A DNA stretch of 28,085 bases from Paraspadella gotoi (Eukaryota > Animalia > Chaetognatha), in NCBI GenBank assembly GCA_051294375.1, contig JBJCIZ010000431.1:1-28085 (forward strand). The letters are read 5' to 3'. Shown one piece after another: positions 21,256 through 28,085 of the stretch (position 1 is the first letter of the stretch; every line of letters begins with the position of its first letter). The position numbers and the translations under genes are program-made. The notes beneath the pieces are model-generated. The model saw nothing but the letters and a program-made list of their open reading frames with translations, searched no databases and had not been told where the DNA came from.

Positions 21256-22860
21256 TTATTGCCACTAAAGATGAAAAGGAAAAGGAAGTTCCTCTACCAA
21301 AAATAATGGGAGCGATGGCAAATTCTATTTCTGAAGCATCAAAAGAAGCTGAATCAAAAAGAAAAGAAGAATTGGATAGTGTATCTCAAGGTCTCAACCT
21401 TTTACCCAATTCAAATGAATTGCTGGCTGAAATGGACAAATTTGACCTTAAACCTGGCCAAAAAGAAGATATATCTGTTGAGTCTGATCCTGGTTATAAC
21501 CAATTAGGAAACTATCAACCAGCAAGTTTTACTATCTCTGAAACCTATGAAGGGGGCTCATCCAATATTGCCACCGAGACTAAAGGAGCGCAAGCTAAAA
21601 CTTTTTCTTATCCAGCAGGACAAGGACCATTAATGATGAATGGTTGTTATGGTTCTGGGTATAAACCAACTGATCCATGTGCCAAGGCTAGGATTCCAGC
21701 AGAGGCATGTCCAAAAATGTTGGACTCGGCTGCATTTATAGGAGTTGGATTTGATGGAAGAGGCTTTTACAGTTCACAGAGTCGTAAAATGAGTCTTATT
21801 CAAAGAAAATGTAATGAAAAAAATAATTTTATGAATGGACAACTACCAGATAATATGAATGCTTTCGGAATTTACTCAGTAGATGCTGAAACTAAATCAT
21901 TTTCTTCTTTAAGTAATTATGCTGAATACCTGATTGAGAAAGCTCAAGTATCCTCACAAAAGGGTATGTTTCAACAAGAAATGAACCAATACAGTACAAC
22001 AAAAGGAAATAGCGTTAACATGGCACCAGTAGGAATGATGGTAGGTGGCGGAGTTGGTTTAGTAGCTACAGGTGGTAACCCTGTTGGACTGATGGTAGGA
22101 GCGACAATAGGAGGATTAATTGCTTCCACTATTGATGTAAGTAAGAGTGAAGGTAACGGAAAATCTAAATCGGAGACAGCACAAAAAGGTGAAGGTAGTA
22201 GCAAGAGCACTTCATTTAATCAACAAACGCAAGGTTCAGAAAGTTCTTTTTTTGCCATGATGTTTATTAATATTGAGGTTTATGAAATCACTTTGAATGA
22301 AATTACTCCAGATATGCTTACTGAAGGGTTCCTAGAGGACTTTTTAAATTTGCCATCAAATTATTATGTAATTGGTGCATCAGAAAAATACCAAGATTTT
22401 TTATTAAAATACGGTACTCATTTTGTCCAAAGTGCTGAATTTGGAGGTCAACTTAAAATAGTAAAGACTATGAAAACAGAAAAAAAAATGACAATGGAAG
22501 AGTTTTCACAAGTAGCTGACGAGGAGTTCAAAGCTCTGACTAATACACTTCAAAGCGAAGTATCTCAAAAAGCTTCTAGTTATTCTTTTTTGGGTACGGG
22601 AAGCAAGTCACAGGAAAGAAAAGAAAAACAAAAATCTAAAATTGAGCAAACCAGTAATTCAAAAACTAGCAAGGAGAGTAAGAAAAGCCAAAAAAATAAA
22701 GAATCAGAGTTTACCGAAACGACAGTGGTATCTGAAGGAGGAAATCCTGCTATTGCAAGTGCGCTTTTTGATTTTTACTCACCAGAATTTAAAAGTTTGT
22801 TTGGGGACTGGGTTGAATCTATCCCCGATTATATCAAGCCTTTTGTATTTCAACTAAGAG
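21256..22860 (+). CDS. Large internal exon of a MACPF-domain pore-forming protein
   Basis: Polypyrimidine+TAG acceptor ending 21255, GTAAGT donor at 22861, phase 1-1, fully open. MACPF signature YGTHF-x6-GG at 22410-22448, plus IGVGFDGR and EGGNP...WVESI motifs. Confidence 0.92.
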
Positions 22861-22910
22861 GTAAGTTTTAATTAATTATAGTAAATTATAGGGTACTTTT
22901 TTTTAAAGAA

Positions 22911-23420
22911 GCCCCCTTGCTGCGGACTCAAACACACGCACAATAATCGTATCTTTTGCTGCTTCCATCGTCGTTTTATGCGTCATTTTTTTTATCGTCG
23001 CTCTCACCGTCGTAACTGCTTCCTCCATCGTTCAAATTATCGTCGTCGTTTCTGTCAATCCCGATCCTGGCAGAGGCTTAATTTTTTCTCTTGCTGAGTC
23101 ACCCAGCAAGCCAGATTTTTATTGTTGCAAAAGTAGCATCGGGAAAAAGAACCTAATCCCTTACCCTAATCCTTAACCCTAAACCTTAACCCAAATCCCT
23201 AACCCTAATCCCAACCCTAAACCCTAACCTTCATCCCTCACCCTAATCCTAACCCTAATCCCTAATAACTATCCCCTAAATTAACCTTATCCCTAAACCC
23301 TGAACAATCCATCGTTCAAATTATCGTCATCGTTTTTTGTCGATCCCGATCCTGTCTCTTAGTCATCCAGCCAGAGAGTGAGCGAGAGAGATTCGCTGCT
23401 CCGTCATACGGCAAGGGGGC
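22911..23420. mobile_element. Small non-autonomous element with 10-bp inverted ends
   Basis: GCCCCCTTGC (22911-22920) / GCAAGGGGGC (23411-23420); internal ~46-bp direct repeats at ~23024 and ~23308. Confidence 0.55.
23151..23301 (+). repeat. Degenerate (CCCTAA)n telomere-like tract
   Basis: CCCTAA/CCTAAT/CCTTAA variants, interstitial. Confidence 0.85.
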
Positions 23421-23707
23421 ATGGAAGAGCATTTCGCCAATTATAGTGAATAACTAAGTCCTTAAACCACCAAAGCCTGTCCAAAGTCAGGGGCAAGATA
23501 GCTTATTTATTAAATTAATAGATAATTTTATATTGGTTATACCAATTTCATATATGTAGTATCTGGGAGCATAAATACAAGATAAGATATGTCACCTCTC
23601 GTGTCCCCTTAATTTTTTAAATTTGATATAATACTACATACTAAAAGAATGAAAATTTGCTTGCTCAATTTTTCTGTTTTAACAATTTTATAAAGCAATT
23701 AGATACA

Positions 23708-23830
23708 AACAAGTTTGAGCAAACAATGTCGGATCTGAGTACGATAATTAAGCGGAAATCAGCTAATCAGATGATATATCACAATTTTTTTTAACTCACA
23801 TCATTTTTTAAACTCGCATCATTCTTTTTT
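23708..23830 (-). mobile_element. 3' end fragment of the HINE family
   Basis: AACAAGTTTGAGCAAACAATG.CGGATCTG shared with 26360-26400; inverse match to 25888-25918. Confidence 0.6.
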
Positions 23831-23871
23831 TCTGGCTGCCTCTGCTGATGCCGCTTTTCATTTGTCATAAA

Positions 23872-23935
23872 ACTCTCTTTCTTTCTTTCTTTCTTTCTTT
23901 ATTTCTTTCTTTCTTTCTTTTTTTCTCTCTTTCTT

Positions 23936-23972
<37 letters not shown>
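23872..23972 (+). repeat. (CTTT)n/(CT)n microsatellite
   Basis: Direct observation. Confidence 0.95.
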
Positions 23973-24326
23973 GCGTTTTTATTAGGGTAGTCTGGTGATT
24001 TTTTTATTTTTATTAATAAATTTTTTTTTACGTGCTGTCATGTAGCAGACATCGTTAGCTTTCATATAATACCTCACATGATGCATTAAAATTATTTCTT
24101 TCAAAATCTATATTTATTTATTTTTTTAAATGTGGTCAGGTGTGTTTAATTTAATTTCAAAAGTTGTTATACTTTTGACTAAGATTCCGATCAAGATTTT
24201 AAAAAAAAACCTTTGAAACATTTTTAAAAAATTATATGGAAATGATGCCCCATAATTATGGCTTTAATATGATACCAGTCTCATCGTTCTATCATTTTTG
24301 GTTCAAAAGATATCAAAGAAAATCAA

Positions 24327-25920
24327 TTTTTAGTCGGTTCTGCTTATCAGCAGATCGCGACTCTATAATTCACTTTGTCGGTCCGTCGGTCCGCCCCCTC
24401 AATATTGTCGGGCACTAACTTATATCATATCATGTCAGAACATCGAATTATGATAAATTATGCAAAAAAAATTATGTCCGTCCGTCCGTCTATCTGTCTG
24501 TCCGTCCGTCCGTCCCACCTTAGCAAAAAACACCAATTACTCGTGATTGGATGGATGGATTAGAATGAAATTTTGTGTGTGGGTAGGGAAGCGTGTGATT
24601 GAGCTGTATATGAAGTTTCGATGGAAACGTCTAAGTGGAAATTAGTTTAAATGGAAAAAATAAAAAAATAAATTTCACTATTTGAACACCAATTAATCAA
24701 GAGTGGATTGGGCGATTGATTTGAAATTTTGTATTTGGGTAGGAAAGTGTGTGATTGAGCTGGAAATCAAGTTTCGATGGAAACGTTTGAGTGGAAATGA
24801 GTTTAAATGGAAAAAAACAAAAAACTTGTTTCACTAATTGATTATGCTTCTTTTTCCTTTTATATTAAATGTAAATGAAGGATCTATTAATAAATCAAAT
24901 AATTAATTAATTAGTCAATCAATCCTAAGGAAAAAGCTCCAATAACTCGTGATTGGCTGGTTGGATTGAAATAAAATTTTGTTTCTGGGTAGGACAGTGT
25001 GAGATGAAGCTGGATATAAAGTTTCGATGGAATCGTGCGAGTGGAAATGGAAAAAACTTAAAATCTTTTTACTTATTTTAACCAATAAATACTCTATTTA
25101 ATCATAATAGTTGAAATTTTGTGTGTGGGTAGGAAAGTGTGTGACGAAGCTTGATACAAAGTTTCGGTGGAAACGTACGAGTGGAAATGAGTTTAAATAA
25201 AAAAAATATGAGTCACATTTACTTGAATCTTTTTGCTTTCACGATCTTGTTAGTCCTGCAATGTTACTTATTTTAACCCATAATTACTCGAATTGATCAT
25301 AATTGATTTAATAGATTGAAAAGGAAAGTTTGTGAAGAAGCTAGATATAAAGTTTTGACGGAATTGTGCCAGTGGAAATGAGTTTAAATGAAAAGAACAT
25401 GAGTCACATTTACTTGAATATTTTTAATTTATGATTACTAATAAATGCTTTAATTAATTAATTAATTTATTTTAAAAAATGATACAATTTAAAAAATTAT
25501 GCTAGTTGAAAAAATTATGCAAGTTGAAAAAATTATGCAAGTTGAAAAAATTATGCGAGTTGAAAAAATTATGCAAGTTAAAAAAATTATGCAAGTTAAA
25601 GAAATTATGCAAGTTGAAAAAATGATGCAAGTTGAAAAAATGATGCAAGTTAAAAAAAATGATGCAAATTGCAAAAATGATGTTAATTGAAAAAATGATG
25701 AGTTGAAAAATTATGTGCGTGGAAAAAATGATGCGAGTTGAAAAAATGATGCGAGTTAAAAAAATGATGCAAATTGTAAAAATGATGTAAATTGAAAAAA
25801 TGATGAGTTGAAAAATTATGAGCGTGGAAAAAATTATGCAAGTTGAAAAAATGATGCGAGTTAAAAAAAAAATTAAAAAAGATTGATTTATCATCTGATT
25901 AGCAGATTACCGCTTAATTT
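24327..25920 (+). mobile_element. Non-autonomous Helentron-like (HINE) element
   Basis: TTTTTAGTCGG.TCTGC-TTATCA-GCAGATC.CGACT hairpin, (GTCC)n microsatellite, internal tandem units (GAAATTTTGTGTGTGGGTAGG...GTTTCGATGGAAACG), 18-bp satellite. Confidence 0.7.
25490..25870 (+). repeat. 18-bp minisatellite (ATGCAAGTTGAAAAAATT)n
   Basis: Direct tandem array. Confidence 0.95.
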
Positions 25921-26358
25921 TTGTTGTTTTATTACCAATTAAGTGACTCGGCCGAAGCTAAAAATTTAAGTGGAACCACACCAAACAACTTGCTTTCAAG
26001 GCATATTGCATCTATGCGCATCTACATAAGTAAATTTTAAAAACATATTTGGAATCCTCAAACGCATATTTAATAGTAACCTGACGACATCAAGCGACGG
26101 AAGTTCGGTTCTCTTATTATATCAAAAAGAAAAATTAATTCTAATATTTTTAGTTAATATCTATCGATTTCAATGAAAAAAAAGCACTAGATATTAGGCC
26201 GCAACAGGTTGAAAACTAGAAGTTCTCTCAAATAAATAATGGTTAAGCGATTATTAAATAATATGAAAATGAAAATAATTTTTAAAATTTTGCTTTTTAA
26301 TAAGCACACAGAAGCATTTAAAGATTATTTTATTACTAATAAAAGAGTTTAAAATTTT

Positions 26359-27905
26359 AAACAAGTTTGAGCAAACAATGCGCGAGGATCTGCCTACGAT
26401 AATTAATTAATTAATTAATAGATTAATTAATTAATTAATAGATTAAATAATTAATTAATTAATTTTAATAATTATTATAAAATTTATATCAGCTTGTCAT
26501 CATCGAATGTCCTAAAATTGAAGTCAGGACAGTTATTAATGTTTGTTTACATTTTATAATCAAAAAACAAAATATCCTCTATTTTATTTTATGTCTCTAT
26601 CTCTCTTCCACTCACTCTTTCTCTCTCTCATCAACTCTCTCTCTTTCTCTCTCACTCTGCTCTCAACTCTCTCCTCTCTCATCTCTCTCTCTATCTCTCT
26701 CTCTCTTTTTATGCAATTTGGACGATCCTTAATGCTTTTAAGATTTTTTAACTTGCATCATTTTTTCAACTTGCATATTTTTTCAAGCTTGCATTCCGTC
26801 AAAACTTTATATCTAGCTTTCTTCACTCATTTCCTACCGGCTCACAAAATTTCATCTCAATCTAATCAATGGGTTAAATTAAATTAAAAGATTCAAGTAA
26901 ATATTTTTCACTTTAAACTCATTTCCACTGGTACATTTTTACCGTAAACTTTATATTCAAGTAATTCATTCATACATTTTCCTACCCACACTCGACAAAA
27001 TTTCAACTCAATCTATCCATCCAATTATGATTAATTGAGAGTACTTATTATGGTAAAAAATAAGTAAAAGAATTTCGTAAATGCGACTTATGTTTTTCCA
27101 TTAAACTAATTTCCACTCACTACGATTCCATTCGAAACTTTATATCCAGCTTTATCACACACTTTCCTACCCACACACAAAATTTAATTCCAATCCACAA
27201 GCAATCACGAGTTAATTGGAGTTTTTTTGCATAAGGTGGGACGGATGGACGGATTGAATTGACTAATTAATTAATCTATTGATTAATTTATTTTTACTAA
27301 TTGATTAATTAACATGATTAATTATTTGATTTATTAAATACATCCTGCATATACATTTAATATAAAAGGAAAAAGAATCATAATCAATTAGTAAAACAGT
27401 TGTTTTTTGTTCTTTTCCATTTAAACACATTTCCCACTCAAACTTAATTTCCATCGAAACTTGATTTCCTGTTTCAATCACACACTTTCCTACCCACAAT
27501 AACAAAATTCCAGGTCAATGCAGCCCATTCCACTCATGAGCAATTGAATGTTCAAATAGTGAATATATTTTTTTTTTTTTCCATTTAAACTCGTTTCCAC
27601 TCGACGATTCCATCGAAACTTCAATATCCAGCTCAATCACACAGCTTACCTGTCCACACACAAATATTTCATTCAATCCATCATACCAATCACGAGTAAT
27701 TAGTGTTTTTTTGCTAACGGTGGGACGGACGGATGGACGGAGCGGATGGACATCATTTTGTTTTTTTGCATAATTTATCATAATTGCGATGTACTGACAT
27801 GATATAAGCTAGTGCCCGACAATATTGAGGGGGCGGACCGACGCGACAGCGACAAAGTGAATAATAGAGTCGGGATCTGCTGATAAGCAGATCCGACTAA
27901 AAAAA
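26359..27905 (-). mobile_element. Apparently full-length HINE copy, inverted relative to 24327-25920
   Basis: 5' TTTTTTAGTCGGATCTGC...GCAGATCCCGACT at 27905-27867; 3' subTIR-like CAGATCC, hairpin GTTTG-CT-CAAAC and TTGTT at ~26400-26359. Confidence 0.7.
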
Positions 27906-28085
27906 TTCGTTGTTTACCTAAAACAAAAATTAAAACTTTTCTCCTTTAATAAAAATATAATAACATGATATTAAAAATAGTTAAACTTGAAAACCAATGC
28001 TTTTTTAAAAAACGTTCACACAATTTCTAACAATAAATAAAAATATTAATGAAAATTTGCAAATTACTTGTTTCACTATTTTTCA

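Noticed and set aside
23151-23301. True telomere
   Set aside because: Degenerate, short and interstitial.
25489-25894. Repetitive ORFs (MQVEKI)n and (IIFSTC)n
   Set aside because: Translations of an 18-bp satellite inside a non-autonomous element.
26543-26887. Leu/Ser-rich hydrophobic ORF
   Set aside because: Arises from a (CT)n microsatellite and repeat sequence.

Overview
Eukaryotic (animal-like), AT-rich draft-assembly window with N gaps and many homopolymer/indel frameshifts. Left part (~2.1-10.4 kb): a compact, virus/Polinton-like cluster of orphan genes. It contains a spliced SINA-type C3HC4 RING gene, a divergently transcribed mucin-like type I membrane protein with a cytoplasmic YEEI motif, two intronless ORFs joined by a TAATG stop/start overlap, GCGAAGC hairpins, and a CRE/ETS repeat array inside a palindrome. 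A minimal Penelope-type hammerhead ribozyme lies at ~1.1 kb. Middle (10.5-20.5 kb): a ~3 kb inverted duplication, probably an assembly artefact, carrying the 5' end of a Ty3/Gypsy retrotransposon (LTR, tRNA-Leu PBS, gag; protease and RT lie between the arms). Right part: a large exon of a MACPF pore-forming protein with very long TMH regions and a glycine-zipper insert, followed by non-autonomous Helentron-like (HINE) elements, satellites and telomere-like repeats. No viral hallmark gene (polB, capsid, packaging ATPase, integrase) is recognisable, so the viral interpretation is an inference.
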